Shown here piece after piece: positions 14,828-29,047 of a DNA stretch of 64,000 nucleotides (position 1 is its first letter; every line of letters begins with the position of its first letter). Source of the stretch: Eledone cirrhosa (lineage: Eukaryota). The DNA is taken from NCBI GenBank assembly GCA_964016885.1, contig OZ024740.1, positions 170,872,001 to 170,936,000 of the forward strand, in the 5' to 3' direction. The position numbers and the translations under genes were made by a program. The notes under the pieces are model-generated. The model did not search any database. It was not told where the DNA came from and saw only the letters and a program-made list of their open reading frames with translations.

Positions 14828-14926
14828 CACGGTGTCCCCAAAATATGTATACAAGGTTTGATTACCTTTACAGGCAATATTTGTAAGAATGCTGTTGAAA
14901 TATGTATATATTTTTGGGACACCCTG
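14828..14926. mobile_element. Tc1/mariner-type MITE, 99 bp
   Basis: TIRs cacggtgtccccaaaatatgtataca and tgtatatatttttgggacaccctg, flanked by TA on both sides. Confidence 0.7.
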
Positions 14927-14964
14927 TATATATGTATATACATATATATATATATATAATATAT

Positions 14965-15486
14965 TTCGTTTCTGAATTTGTTTAGCAAGATTCTTTATCT
15001 GAAAACGTGTGTTGAAACCGATATTGTTATACTTTGGGAGGGTCATGTAGCCAATAAGAAACACGCACCAGTGCTTTCACTTCAATTTATTATAATAAAT
15101 TTATAAATTTAGGAATTTATAAATTTCCGGTTGGTTGGCTGGTTCCACAACCAGATGGTTGTTTATATATTGTCAAAGTTCTTTCGTCACACATTCTATG
15201 ACCTCTTCAGTGACTGGGGGTTCTTTTCTTTGTTTTTTGTGCCTCTCCTTTGTTCTGTCCCGAAAACAAGATGGCGTAGGACAGAACAAAGGAGAGGCAC
15301 AAAACACAAAGAAAAGAACCCCCAGTCACTGAAGAGGTCACAGAATGTGTGACGAAAGAACTTTGACAATATATAAACAACCATCTGGTTGTGGAACCAG
15401 CCAACCAACCGGAAATTTATAATAAATTGAAGTGAAAGCAACTGGTGCGTGTGTTTCTTATTGGCAACATAACCCTCCCAAAGTAT

Positions 15487-15492
<6 letters not shown>
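14965..15492. mobile_element. Fold-back (head-to-head) PLE pLTR insertion in (TA)n with two hammerheads (15172-15214 minus, 15325-15367 plus)
   Basis: Arms about 15021-15260 and 15279-15492. Motif gtca-CTGAAGA-g-gtcaca(gaatg)tgtgac-GAAA-gaac-TT-tgac. Confidence 0.85.
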
Positions 15493-15540
<48 letters not shown>

Positions 15541-15547
<7 letters not shown>

Positions 15548-16180
15548 TTGCAATGTTTTTTTATATGAAATCGTGTGTTGAAACAAATATTGTTATATTT
15601 GGGGATGGCCATGTTGTTATAAAATTGCCAGAAATAATAATAGAACACACTCACTGTTTGGTTTGGATTGATTTTCGCTTCTGTATCTTTTATATCTCCA
15701 TAGTTATTTATCTGGCAATCAATGTTTATCATTGACCAACGGTTAAAAATACCGATATAAATATATATATAAATAGTCAATCAAAGGTCTTTCATCACAC
15801 ACCTGTGACATCATCAGTGGTACAATTATGTTTCCTGTCGTTGTAGGGTAATGTCTACGCCATTTGTTTTTAATTTATTTAATTTATAAATTAAATAAAA
15901 ATGGCGTTGACATTACAATACAACGACATGAAACATAATAGTACCACTGATGATGTCACAGGTGTGTGATGAAAGACCTTTGATTGACTATTTATATATA
16001 TATATTTATATCTGTATTTTTAACCGTTGGTCAATCAATGATAAACATTGATTGCCAGATAAATTAACTATGGAGATATAAAAGATACAGAAGCGAAAAT
16101 CAATCCAAACCAAACAGTGAGTGTGCTTTATTATTATTTCTGGCAATATTATAACAACATGGCCCTCCCCAAATATAACC
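15541..16180. mobile_element. Second fold-back pLTR insertion (centre about 15886) with two hammerheads (15780-15821 minus, 15943-15984 plus)
   Basis: Inverted arms of about 290 bp. Motif acca-CTGATGA-t-gtcaca(ggtg)tgtgat-GAAA-gacc-TT-tgat. The 3' end is related to the preceding family. Confidence 0.8.
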
Positions 16181-16182
16181 CC

Positions 16183-16277
<95 letters not shown>

Positions 16278-16310
16278 CACATATATATACATACACATAT
16301 ATATACATAT

Positions 16311-16359
<49 letters not shown>

Positions 16360-16373
16360 TATATATATATATA

Positions 16374-16409
<36 letters not shown>

Positions 16410-16794
16410 GTCCTTTACATTGCTTTAGCCATCTTTGTTATGTGTGCGAGTGTGTGGGTGTATGATTATACTTGTTGGTGTATGATTATACTTGTTTGGA
16501 CGCCGTTTTCTGTTCGTGTAAAACAACCAAGTACTTAGTAATCACTCATGGAGAATATCTCAAATATTTGTTTAGTGCGTGTTGGTACTTCCGTAGCATG
16601 ATTTCACGCTGGTGCCCAGGTATTTTTAGTTATAGCCTGCTTCAACGGATGAGGAAGTAATCGATAAAGTTTCGTGTTTGCCTTCTTCATACATACATAC
16701 ATACATACATACATACATACATACATACATACATACATACGTACGTACGTACATGCATATATACATACATACTTACACACATATATATATATAC

Positions 16795-16874
<80 letters not shown>

Positions 16875-17100
16875 CAATAATCCGTCTTGGTTTATTCAAC
16901 CAATCAACTAACTATGGTGTATCCCTAAAACCTTAAATCAAGAAGATTGGTTAAATTTCCAGCACTTGTCTGATGACAACACATTAAGTAACTATTCCAT
17001 AAGGACATTTTAAAACCTATGAAATAGCCATGACAGGTGTGATGTGTGACAATAAATGAAGTGGATCTGATTCACTTCTTACTTAAAATATACATGTATG

Positions 17101-19362
17101 TAGTGGCGTAGCTAGGGTAAACGGCGCCCAGGGTAAGCATCAAAATTGCGCCCCCCCCCCCCCCCCCTCAAAAAGTCAAGATCCACAAAGACGAAATTGC
17201 GGTAGAATTTATAATAAAAAATTTAAAACGGTTACAACTTGATTTTGGGGGCTTTTAATGAGGCAAACTGGTTGATAATTTCCTCGAAATCTATTTGTTC
17301 AAACTCTTCGATTTTTACACTCAAAAGGGCGAGGTCAGTCAGCTGTTGTTGGCCCATTGAGGTTCGCAATTACGAATGTATTAGCTTCAGCTTGCTGAAC
17401 GACCTCTCGTAACTGGCAATTGAAATAGAAATCGTCAACATTATTTGAATGCTGATTCGCAAATTGGGAAAAACACATTCATCGCCGTATTGTATGATGA
17501 ATTGGAGAAATGCCTCCGGCTTTAAAACTGGGTCAGCTGTCCTAGTAGCCAACAAAGATCGACAGTCCAAGATTTCCTCATACAATTGCTCTCCGTTGAT
17601 GTCGGAGTTGTATAGTTCCGCAAGACTGTTGCACTTTTGTTTAAGGGTAAGGTTATCAGGAGCAGCCAAATAAAACAGATAGTTGACATCAAGAAGAAAG
17701 CCAAAACTTGAGTCAGTTTCCTTAAGTCGAATAAACCGTTCTTCCATTTCTGTTTGAAGACGATTGAGTGAACTTTGCATTGCTCTCTCTCTCTCTCTCT
17801 ATTTTCTGGCAGCCACCTCGACGTCCTCAGTAATTTCGATATTGGTTTGTCGTCTTCCTCGCCTCCTCGGAAAATGGACATTCCATTTCTGGCAGAGGTC
17901 GAAGCCCATTTCAATAGACTCGTGGATTAAGGAAGTTCCTTCTTCTTTAAAATAAAGTTGAAGGGCTCCTATATCAGCTGCAGCATCGTGAAAATTCATT
18001 CTTGGATCTTGAAGTCTCTTTTGAACCCGGTCAATTCGTGAGAGAATCGTGTTCCAGAATCCAATCAAGTTCAGGAATTCATAACTCAGTATTCGATTAT
18101 GGAGATTACTGGCATCACTTCTACTCTCGCATGTCTCTGTTTCATCATCACTAATTTTTTCGAGAACTTGAACAATCAGCGTCAAATAATTCGCCACCGG
18201 TCTGACTGCGGTACATCTAGCACTCCACCGCGTGTCGGAAGGATATTTAACAACCACTGGAGCAACTTCTTTAAGGGCTTCCCATCGTCGTGTTGAACGA
18301 GAAAAAAAGTTGTATAACGAGTCAATGCAACTGAAAAAATTCATCATGGCAAAATCGTTTTTGGCTGCATGAAGACCAGCCAGATTAAGTGAATGGTTAT
18401 CGCAATTAACGAAATGAATCAAATTATTCTTCTCTCTCATTCTTTGCTGAACCCCATTGCGGTGCCCAGCCATTATGGCAGCATTGTCGTAGCACTGCGA
18501 TCGATAGTTCTGCAGTGGTAGGTCATGTTTTTCTAGCTCTTTCACGATTGTTTCAACAAGGCTTGCGGCATCTTTTTTGATTACTTGAATGAATCCAAGA
18601 AAAGATTCCCTCACAACGACCGTTTTCATATTGAAATCAACATCGACATATCGCACAACTTTTGACAGTTGTTCTCGGTGCGCCTGGTCAGGGGTCGAAT
18701 CAATCAGCAGACCATAGTATCTTGCAATTTGGATACGATTTAGTAAATTCTGACGAACTGTGTTATAGAAGAAAACATTGAACCATCTAAACTGGAGTCA
18801 AATTGAATTCCTAATAGAAGCTATCCGATCCTATCTGGCCATTTGGATTATGATGCCTTTTCTATACGTCTTATGTACCAGTTGTAAAAGACAAACAACT
18901 CTGTTTTGTAAACCAGCTTCATAATTATAATTATCTTGTATTGGTCATTGCAATCCATTGTTAAAAATAGCGCCTGCGTGTCCACGAGTTGCACGTCCAA
19001 AACTACGTCCCTTCAGTCAGTGTGTGGGGGGAGGGGTTGTGAGGTCAAGTGATGTATCCGCTGTTTTGCAATGTATAGCTAAAAATAGTGGTCGCATAAT
19101 TGCAACCCACCCTGCTGTCAGTGTGGAGGGGTGGGGGCGTTTTTGTGAATTCAAATCAGACATCTGCTCTATCTAGTGCACTAGACATGGCGTGGAAGTC
19201 GGCTATCAAGAAATCACATGCTTCATTTTTGGCTTATATTTTTTAAAATGATAAAAACGACATGGATGTAAATCGATCTAGGTCGAAATTGCGCTCCCCC
19301 CCCCACCTAAATATGGCGCGCGTGGCATGTGCCCTGCTTGCCACACCCTACTTACGCCACTG
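17101..19362 (-). mobile_element. hAT DNA transposon, internally deleted
   Basis: Imperfect TIRs tagtggcgtagctaggg and ccctacttacgccactg; 8-bp TSD catgtatg at 17093-17100 and 19363-19370. Confidence 0.92.
17233..18760 (-). pseudogene. hAT transposase (ZMYM1-like/DUF4371 plus hAT C-terminal dimerisation domain), disrupted
   Basis: IDSTPDQAHREQ, QCYDNAAIMAG, CDNHSLNL, DTRWSAR, FPNLRISIQIMLTISISIASYERSFSKLKLI. Frameshift at a (GA)n run near 17785, further breaks near 17370, N-terminus missing. Confidence 0.9.
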
Positions 19363-19366
19363 CATG

Positions 19367-19403
<37 letters not shown>

Positions 19404-19449
19404 CACATAAGAAACGGAGAATCAGTGGTGCGACGAATAAGATTTATTA

Positions 19450-19544
19450 GACATATTATAATCGTTTCTCTGGTGACCAGCTCGAGGCACGATCGATGCA
19501 ATGATCAAACCTGACTCTGAAATCGCAAGATCCTCAGATATGTC
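19450..19544 (-). ncRNA. Type I hammerhead with long stem II insertion
   Basis: Minus: gacatat-CTGAGGA-(about 62 nt)-GAAA-cgatta-TA-atatgtc. Homologous to 45221-45313. Confidence 0.65.
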
Positions 19545-19773
19545 TCGATTCTTCGAAGCAGAATTTCCAAAACTCTGCTTCGAAGAAAGATAATAATGAC
19601 AAAAATAAAAGAAGGGGCGAGAAAGAAGAAAAGAAAAGATAGCCAATAACAATACAATCACCATTGAACACAACAGAATATCTAATATACAACCGCCCAC
19701 TAATAGGCAAACAAAACGTAACACACTTGTATAGGCATCGCAGCCCACCAATAATGCCAAAGTTCCCCATGAC

Positions 19774-20214
19774 AAGAATTGTAACTGCCACCTACCTGAA
19801 ACCTGTCCATTACATAATGAATGTATGCAGTCTAACCTGGTTTACCAATGCACAGTGGAATCAGACAACCAGAAATGGTATTACATCGGAGCGACTGGGA
19901 ATACATTTAAAGTCCGTTGGTATACACACCGTTACGCAATGAAACATTCCCAGCATCGTTATGTAACTACCCTTGCAAACAAGACCTGGCAACTGAGGGA
20001 AAGTAACCATCAATACACCCTGAAGTGGAAAAAATTATCGAACGCGTCCCCATATCGGAGTGGTAAGAGAAGCTGTCGATTATGCGACCTTGAGCTGTTC
20101 CACATCTTGAGTTCGAAGAATAAGTTACTCAACAATAAAATCGGAAGATCAGTTTATTGTAACCATAGACTCAAAGAGAAGTTTTCGCACTACAAGTGCA
20201 AATCGAACCCTTAA
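19774..20214 (+). pseudogene. PLE GIY-YIG endonuclease domain
   Basis: In-frame KNCNCHLPETCPLHNEC upstream of MQSNLVYQC..YYIGATGNTFKVRWYTH..CRLCDLE..LLN..CNH. Confidence 0.85.
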
Positions 20215-20480
20215 CCTCTTACTACCAACTGACAAACTGCATATACTTAGACTTTATACCCTCTTGTTGTATCTAAACCCTTTTAATTAATTACCCACAA
20301 AAACCAATACCTATATCCCCCCTTCTCCTTCATTCCTCTTCTATTTCTTCGTTTTCTTCCTTCCTTCCCTCCCCTTTCTGGCTATCTTTTTTTTTCTTCT
20401 TTCTCCCCCTTTCTTTGCTTTTATTTTTGTCATTATTATCTTTATCTTTATTTTATATATATATATTTATCTCTTTATAT

Positions 20481-20511
<31 letters not shown>

Positions 20512-21079
20512 ATCCATCCCTCCCACTATGATCAATTTAATTCTCTTTAACTCACTACATTCCACGACATGAAGTCTACTTATCAAAACTGATCAAGGAA
20601 TCCTTCCACCTCTACTCCTCCCTCCATCTCAGTTTGTCACTCTACTTCCTAACTCTTCCCCCTTCCTCTCTCTCTATACTATTCCGTCTGTCCGCTCACC
20701 TCCTGATTCCTCTTCCTCTCTCTCTATACTAGTAAATACAATTCCAAATAAATGTTTTTCTCTATATATTAAGAATTATTTCAAGAGTAACTTACTCACT
20801 ATTTTGAAAATTTGGCCTGTGAACAACAATTATAATTGAGTGGCTGCTATTTGCAGTATAGCAATATAAGGTTGCACTTACCAATGAAACGGTCGTAAAT
20901 ACCTGGATAAAATCCTTTTCTTAATGCTTACCTGTGTTTTCTCTTTTATACTTTATACTCCAAGATTGAACGGAATTCTTACAAACTTGTGGAGTTACCC
21001 CTAACCGTACGTTGAAACCATCCATGAAACTGGCTTTCTTAATCACGAACTGGATCACAAAAAGCAATTTTCTGCTTCC

Positions 21080-21139
<60 letters not shown>

Positions 21140-21277
21140 AATGTAGAGAAGTGACACCCTAGTTGATATATATAAACAAATAGTAAAAAGGAAGAAAATA
21201 CAGTACAAAATGGTAAAGGGATTTTTTCAGTATAACATCAAAACAATTATTTATAAAGTAGGGATTTCCGCATTTAA

Positions 21278-21318
21278 CCATGAACCGGTTTCAGCCTTAT
21301 ATGCTTTTTCAACGACGG
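21278..21318 (-). ncRNA. Hammerhead-like motif with UUGAAAA (U3-A8) core, inside a TA-adjacent pLTR-like unit
   Basis: Minus: ccgtcg-TTGAAAA-agc(atataag)gct-GAAA-ccgg-TT-catgg. Confidence 0.5.
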
Positions 21319-21894
21319 AAGTGTATAGTGCAGTTAAATTGCATATTTTTTACGAATAATAAAACGGAGAAAAAAATCTTTTAGTTTTTACAAACATATT
21401 TAGAGAGGAATGTTCATATTTTTGTCCGTAGTTTTGTTAGTGTTGACCAACAGAGGTGGTAGCAGTTTAAACTGCTATCATGATATCAAGGTCGTCCTCA
21501 GCGTTATATGAGCGTTAGGTACTGGCTCAAAGAGTCTCCAAGGCTGGTTAAAGAACATTGAAATACTTTAAAAGAAATGCCCACTGAGAATAGTAGGGAC
21601 TCTTCGATACGTCCTGAATATCCGAGGCTGCAGGGGGCCGCTTGATGTAAATTAAGGCAAATTTTCCGGTTAAATAACATCAATGATTGAGATATCAAAT
21701 TCATAATAATAATAGTCATAATAACAATATTAAAACCGCCCGCAGTCGAAATGGTTATATCCATTGCTATTTATCACCATAATAGCAAGGTTTCACAACA
21801 AACATAGTGATAATAGCATTTGTCGCGAATACTATGATTAATAACAGACAATTTGCTCATAATATTCGCTATAATAGTGATAACAGTAGCGATA

Positions 21895-22090
21895 ATGATT
21901 TCTAGTATAGGCACAAGGCCAGTAATTTGGGAGGAGGGGAAAGTCGATTAAATCGACCCCAGTACGTTACTGGTGCTTTATTTTATTTTAAGGGTGAAAG
22001 GCAAAGTTAACCAAAGTTGAACTCAGACCGAAAAGGACCGTAACTCTATGCTGCTGCAAAGCATGGCATCCGACTCTACCGAATAGTCCA
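21895..22090 (-). mobile_element. SINE family A
   Basis: ggcacaaggcc..gtcgattaaatcgaccccagt..aaaggcaaagttaacc..tgaactcag. Confidence 0.7.
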
Positions 22091-22134
22091 TCGACAGGAT
22101 CCCTAACCTCATTCGCTTAACGAGTTGGGTGGGG

Positions 22135-22330
22135 CTCGTCAAATCGAACCGAGGAAACAATGTTTCCATTGGTCTTTCCAATTGATAATGCTATCTACCG
22201 GTCGCAAATCTAGGTAGAATGAGCACTGTGAAAGAAAGTGTCTTGCTCAAGGACATAAGGCATCGCCCGGTCCGGGAATCGAACTCACAACCTCACAATT
22301 GCGAATCTAATTATCTAACCACTCAACCTT
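22135..22330 (-). mobile_element. tRNA-headed SINE family B
   Basis: aagtgtcttgctcaaggaca..ccgggaatcgaactc (B-box on the minus strand). Confidence 0.7.
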
Positions 22331-22989
22331 CACTATTGTATTATAGTATGATATAATATAAGGAAATTAGTTAAGTATAATGATAAAAATAAAATATAAT
22401 AGTTAGTTATAATAATAACGATGATGAAAATAATGTGGTTTGAAAAATAATATCCTTATAGCTATGGCTTTTTTACGTACTCGTTTGAAATAAACACCAG
22501 ATTTATAGAAATGGGATAACAAAAATAAGCACCCATTGATGGATGTGTCTTAAAGCAAAGAATCAAGCAATTGTATCTGTTTAGCAGAATAGTGCATTGG
22601 AGAAATTAATATTTATCCTTAATACTTATATTTAACTCGCTTAATTTTTCTTCCTGGTTGTAAATGATAGATAATTAGAGAGGTGGATACTAGAATCAAC
22701 ACAACGTTAAACTAGATACCAAGCGCTATTTGATTACCCTCTTTTACATCTTAAATTCAAATTCTCTAAGTGTGAATTTAATTTTGACGTCCCTACCTGT
22801 TGATGAAATATATATTAGTACAATGCTGAAAGTGGCGAAATGGCGGAGTCATTAGAACATTGTATACATAGCTTTGCGGTGTTCGTTCCAGCTGTTTGTG
22901 GTCACTAACTTCGAATCACACCGAGGTGAACTTTGCCTTTCGTATATTTGGTGTCGATAAACAAAAGAACCAAACCAGTACTGGGGTCG

Positions 22990-23036
<47 letters not shown>

Positions 23037-24082
23037 TCTTGAAGAAATTAGCTGTATTCAGACATGGAGAGGAATGAACTCCGTAAGTTTGAAATTACAT
23101 AAGACATGTATTTCATGGCAGTGCCCCTACAACTTCTTCAGGAGTTATAGCTCTATACATACATACAACCAACTGTAGCTCCCTCATCCTCGAATATTTC
23201 AGCTTTGCGCCAATGTTAGAAATTTAATATAATCTATTATTTGAGAGAGACATCACAAAGAAGTAGATGGTTCTTGAAAGACATACATACAAATAGTCAT
23301 GATTACCAAATGCTCAATATAAATGTCTAACGATATTTACAGAGCCTATTTTCTGGAACGTGCCTATGGCTAATCCTTATAATAACCAGTCTATGTCTGT
23401 ACAGAAAGGATTATGTATCATTCCAGATGCACCAATTCAAAATGGAATTTTGGGTGCATTCTTTACATTTCATAATGGCTTCGATTCAATACCTATGTCA
23501 TGTCAATGTAATTTGCAAGCTTTTTTTATTCAGATCGCTATTACGCATCATTTCGGTTATACTGTATTGCTATGTTAACTGTTAAACCATAATGCATTTT
23601 TCTCATGGAAAATAACGTTATGCTGATTGTGGGCTAGTTGTGTGTCTGTGTGTTAAAATTTCAAAGCTCTTTGCGTTGTAATTTTCTAAGATAAGTCACG
23701 GTTCCTATTAGTTCCGCATCACTTTTTTCTTCTTTAAGATATGAAAACCGCGTATCTAGTCGTATAGAGAGCATTTTTGCTGGGTTGCTGTGTCTTCAAG
23801 TATACTTGGTGAATGCTCATGTTGAACATGTTCATACTATATGTTGAAGATACTCGTATAATATATTGATCATATGCATTCAGTATGTTGCAATAGCCTA
23901 CATAGCCAATACTTGTCCTTTGTTTCTAATATAAGATTCATTCGTGGCCCTTCAAGTGTGTCTAGTAGTCAAAAAGACAGACAGACAGACAGTTTCGGGA
24001 TTCAATCCCTCACTGGCGCCTCAGTCCACAGTTTCTTCGTCTCCAGAGGTATTTTACTCGGTATTTTTCAACTATTATTTAT

Positions 24083-24270
24083 AGTGGATTGGCAGTATCG
24101 GTAGAGAGTCGGACGCCATGCTTTGCAGCATAGTTACGTCCCTTTACGATCTGAGTTCAAATCCCGCCGAGGTTAACTTTGCCTTTTATCCTTAGGGGAT
24201 CGATAAATTAAAGTACCAGTAATGTAATGGGTAATTGCTGGCCTTGTGCCAAAAGTAGAAACAATTATTT
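24083..24270 (+). mobile_element. SINE family A
   Basis: ttggcagtatcggtagagagtcggacgcc..gagttcaaatcccgccgaggttaactttgcc..ggccttgtgccaaaagtagaaacaattatt. Closely related to 29048-29245, 26860-27050 and 31297-31475. Confidence 0.85.
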
Positions 24271-24419
24271 ATAGTGAAACATTATCCGTATATTCATATT
24301 TACGTTGGAACAAATAGATTTCAAATTTCAAATTTTATAAACGAAGTGTTGAGCAGAATTCTTATTATATGTTAGCTTAAAGTAAGCTGCTTCAATGCAT
24401 TTTTTTTTTTTTTTTACTA

Positions 24420-24700
24420 TGGAACATAGTTAATCAAGTTGGGCATGTAAGTCCAGCACGGTCTTCTGACGGTTGGTTTTTCCCGGGAAATCTGTCCAGA
24501 GATTCTTTCCTAAGACATTCTAACCACATACCCATAGTATCGGAGCTGTGATCTCTCAATTCGGAGAAGTAGTGGCTCTACCTGGAGTGACTCTCTGATC
24601 CCCGAGCTACGCACTCTATTGAGTAACGTTATTCCAAAGACCCTTCTGAGGAACCCCATTTCGGCCGCTTGTATTCGCGATTGTATTCTCTCGTGTGTAA
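24420..24700 (-). pseudogene. RTE-clade LINE ORF C-terminal fragment
   Basis: SRIQAAEMGFLRRVFGITLLNRVRSSGIRESLQVEPLLLRIERSQLRYYGYVVRM. Confidence 0.8.
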
Positions 24701-26354
24701 CACTTACATACAATTATGATGGAAAGTTTTAGGATAAGTATAAGCACAAAAACAAACGGTTTATTTAATTATAGAACCAGGATTGGTTTCAGACGGTTTG
24801 GTATCAAGAAGGTTAATAAAGAAAAAAAAAGATAAAAAGAAATAACTCAAAAAATTACATAAAGTTTGAAAAGTTTTATCTGCTATGATGCCGACTCGAC
24901 CACTAATAACTTCTTTATTCATACGACTACTAATAATATATAGTACTAGATATATTTTTTCCCTGCAACTGCACAAACAGACCTTCTACTAACCAAGACA
25001 TTTTACGCCAACCAATCAAGTTTCGTTATACAACAAACAAGCAGCCAGCCAGACAGAGAGACAATTAAGACGTTGCCGACATCTTACCTCGTCTGAAGCA
25101 GGGTGGAAGGCGATGTGAGAAAAGGGTGAATATGTGGCGGTAGAGAGAGATAAAGATGGAGAGAGAGGAGAAAGATAAAAAGAAAGAAATAGAAATAGAG
25201 AGGCAGGCATATAGTGAATAAATGAGAGAGTTAGACAGACAGAGAGAAATAACTTTTGCGCTAATGTAAAAATCGTAATGCAACAAGCCAAATCATTTCT
25301 TTGAAAGTGATGGCAGCTGCTTCTCCAAGACTTCTAGCTAAAAACAAGTCAGCCAGCATCTCAAATAAACAGCTGAATCATCTTTATTAGCTACAACTAA
25401 AACTAGTTGCTACTGGAGCCAAAAAAATGCATCTGTGTGGTCGTTCTACCTACTAGAATTAGCAGCCAAATCTCTCTCAAATCATACCTATCCCTACTGG
25501 CTTAAAAAGGGGAACAAAATCGATATACACAGACACAGAATTGTGGTCACAAGCGGAACAACTATCATCAAAGATCTGTTACTCAATGAAGGCTCGGCTG
25601 TGACTACACAACAATAACAACAACAGGATCAGCCTTAGGATAAACTAATGTTGTCTTAGTTTCCATAGCTACTAATACTGCTGGCTATATAGATAACATA
25701 ATAAATGAATAAATTTCTTGTAGCGGTTTCATGAGAGATTTGGTCTGAGAATGTGTAGAAATTAAAGCTGCTCTATCGTTGTGAAGTTTCTTCTTGCGCT
25801 CTGAGTTCAAATCCCACAAAGATCAACTTTTTTTGCATCCTTTTTTGGGTGTTGGTAACATATTAGTCTAAGATGGTTGATTGGTGGAATCCTTAAAGCG
25901 TCGGACGAAATGCCTTACAGTATTTACTCTGATCTTTACTTTCTGAGTTTTGAGTTAATAGATTTAACCCGTCACCTGGATAAACGCTACCAGCTGATCC
26001 TGTTGCAAGCTTTTGGGCCATGTCACCGAGAATAAGTTAATCTTTTTATGTCATTAGTCTCGGGAACCCTGAGAAATTAATGAATTAGGCATCTTTCCTT
26101 AGATATTGACAACAAGCTTACTAATATGCAACATAACTCTGCCGAATACTGTATCTGGTATTCAGTAGACTTATGTTGTACGTAAGTGGTTGAGCAGTCA
26201 TATAGTCTGAGATCTCCGAGCAGTGATCACCCTTCTGTTAAGAATATCTAAGGCTAAGTTATCTAATGTCCTTTTTCTTAAGACAGCTAGTAGATCCACC
26301 GAGTAAAGGAACCCTCATTAGCACGATGGTTCAAATGTGTTGAACTAGAAAGGG

Positions 26355-26700
26355 TCTCCATCGGTCTTGGTGATGAGTGTTCCGGTTGTTCGATCAACGG
26401 AACAGCATGCTCATGCAATTTATGTGTAAGTGACTGAGTATTCCACAGACATGTATATCCCTAATGAAAATCTCAGGGAGATTCAGCATGACCGTGTCCG
26501 ACAAGACTGGTCCTTTGAATTATAGGTGCAGTCTATCCGTGGGATTCTAGAACAGTTTCTGTTCACCTAATTTCCTACACAAGGCATGGGTAGACACGTG
26601 GCTATGGTAAATGACACTCACTCAAGATGCCATGCAGTGGGGTCAAACCCGGGACCTAATAATTGCGATGCGAAATTTGTAACCATTCGGTGTTGCGGCG
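26355..26700 (-). mobile_element. tRNA-derived SINE family C (related copies at about 43870-44090 and 62870-63170)
   Basis: gatcaacggaacagc..cagggagattcagc..cctttgaattataggtgcagtc matches the reverse complement of 63010-63150. Confidence 0.65.
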
Positions 26701-26859
26701 CTTACACTCAAGTGTGTAAAGCTAGTTAGAATGCAATAAGATCAACTCCGATATTAATGTCGTATTTAGTTTTATCGACCAACATCCCAACCCACCTGAA
26801 GAGAAAAAGGCAAAGTAGGCCCTGAGATTTGAACACGGGACGTATATAGAGTAAAAGAA

Positions 26860-27050
26860 AATAATTGTTTCTACTTTAGGCACAAGGCCAGCAATTACCC
26901 AGTACATTACTGGTACTTTATTTTATCGACCCCGTAAGGATGAAAGGCAAAGTTAACCTCAGCGGGATTTGAACTCAGACCGTAAAGGGACGTAACTATG
27001 CTAGAAAACATGGCGTCCAACCCTCTACCGATACTGCCAATTCACCACCC
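26860..27050 (-). mobile_element. SINE family A
   Basis: Near-identical to 31297-31475. Confidence 0.85.
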
Positions 27051-27843
27051 CTACTAAAAGAAAATAATAGTCTTCCTTACATTGACGCAAGTCTAGAAAC
27101 CTGTATGGGAAGAAAATATTTGGCGGAACCATATGAAAAATATTACTAGTACTCACTTAATCGATCAAATGGAAGAAAAGTTAAAGTTGGTGGTATTTGA
27201 ACTCAGAACACAGAGAAAAGGAGATAAGTAAATACCACATATATTTGATGGAATCAATATCAAGTTATAACTGGTACTCATTTAATCGATTCAAACAGGA
27301 AAAAAAGGTAGTCTAAAACGTGGCGGGATTTGAACTCAGAGACGAGAGATAAATAAATGCAATAAGACTTTGTAGTCGGGCAGGCGCTTTATTTCCATTT
27401 CTACCCACTTCCGGAAGATCCGCTCCTTAGTATAGAAATGTTGAGACATCGCAGCTGAAACCAACCAATTATCGTGTCAGCTTCTGATATATACGCCTGC
27501 TAATGTTCGCTGTGATGACTCAAGCCTTACTAATAGAGAAACGTAAAGAAACCGAGCCCAAGTAGTAAGAATCAAGTCCATGCACACAACTCACACAGGC
27601 ATACACTCTTACACAAATACACACGTACACACACATACATTCACACACGTACACACACACACGTATGCACAAGCACACACGCACACACGCGCCCACACAC
27701 ACACACACACATCCATTCACACACATACACTCACACACCTACACCCACACACACATACACTCACGCACCTACACCCACATACACACACACCCGTACACAC
27801 ACATACATTCACACACATACTCACACACCTATACCCACGCGCA

Positions 27844-27924
<81 letters not shown>

Positions 27925-28357
27925 GCGCGCGCGCGCACACATACGTACAAGCTACTTATATCCTAACAGAGCTACAAACTCACAAGAAAAAATAAAGAAC
28001 ATAAAAATATAGTACCGAGACGCCAAAAAATTAATCAAATAAATGAATCTGAAAGCTTATGACCTCAGCCAACAGCTTTGCAGAGCTGCTGACACAGCCG
28101 ACTCGACTTCCGGCTTTCGAGGCCTGTATTTTTCAACGGAGTAACAAAAAGCTGCTTGGCGCTCCTTTACCTTGCATCACAGATTCAAATGGTGGATATA
28201 TTGCTGTTCTTATTGTTGCTGTCAAATCTCTTGTCGTTTGTTTGGTGTTGTCAAATCTCTTGTTTGTCACTGTTATTGTTGCAATTCTTGTGTTTAGCTC
28301 TTGCTTTCTTACTGACTGAGCAGACCTATGATCAAAGGTTCTTGTACGTACGTGTGT

Positions 28358-28395
<38 letters not shown>

Positions 28396-29047
28396 GTGTG
28401 TGTGTTTGTGTGTGTGTCCGTGTGTGTGTTTGCGTGTGTGTATGTGCTTCTCGGATATATCGTTTTGTTTAGCCGGTCTTTTTTCTTTCAAGATTTTTTC
28501 TAAGGCTATATTATCTAATGTTTTTTTAAAGATGACAGAGTGTGATTTGGAGGAATCTGGATGCTATTTCTAGCTGGTCTATCGACCAGGCAGATTAGGC
28601 TTCCTAGGAGTTCTTACAGCACATTTTACTGCTGTTCCACTCTTCTTACTCATGTATTTGATATTATTTGTTGTGAATAAAATGTCTTCTAATATATTTG
28701 AATAAACTTGTTTAGTGAATCATACATATACACCAAGTCCGAGCACAAAGGAACCAAACTCCCACTGTCACTGCCATCGTCTCTCCCGCTCTCCCCCTCT
28801 TTCACTATTATGAGCAAATGTGGGCCCACGCGCTGCCCGCACCGCCGCACCAGCGGACAGAATAGCGAAGTTGTATCCCCGGGGGATGGTGAGGGTAACG
28901 CGCTGGAAGAGCCACTTCAGCTCGCGAGGCTCACACCTGATGGTAGTCAACTCTATGCCGATAGTGTTGTTGTTATGATTCTCGTTATATGCTATCATTG
29001 TTGTTGTAGATGAAGATTATGATAATCATTATTATCATGATCATGGT

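Larger units (their letters stand above)
19400..21085 (+). mobile_element. 5'-truncated Penelope-like element with an inverted 5' segment, bounded by (TA)n
   Basis: Contains the GIY-YIG ORF. About 19585-19645 is the reverse complement of about 20380-20445. Inverted hammerhead at 19450-19544. Confidence 0.7.

Noticed and set aside
16963-17040. cacttgt-CTGATGA..GAAA..acaggtg hammerhead candidate
   Set aside because: No convincing stem II, and the cleavage triplet would be AUG rather than NUH; at best a decayed copy.
25975-26030. Twister-like gttgcaagc motif
   Set aside because: Flanking P2/P4 stems and pseudoknot partners were not found.
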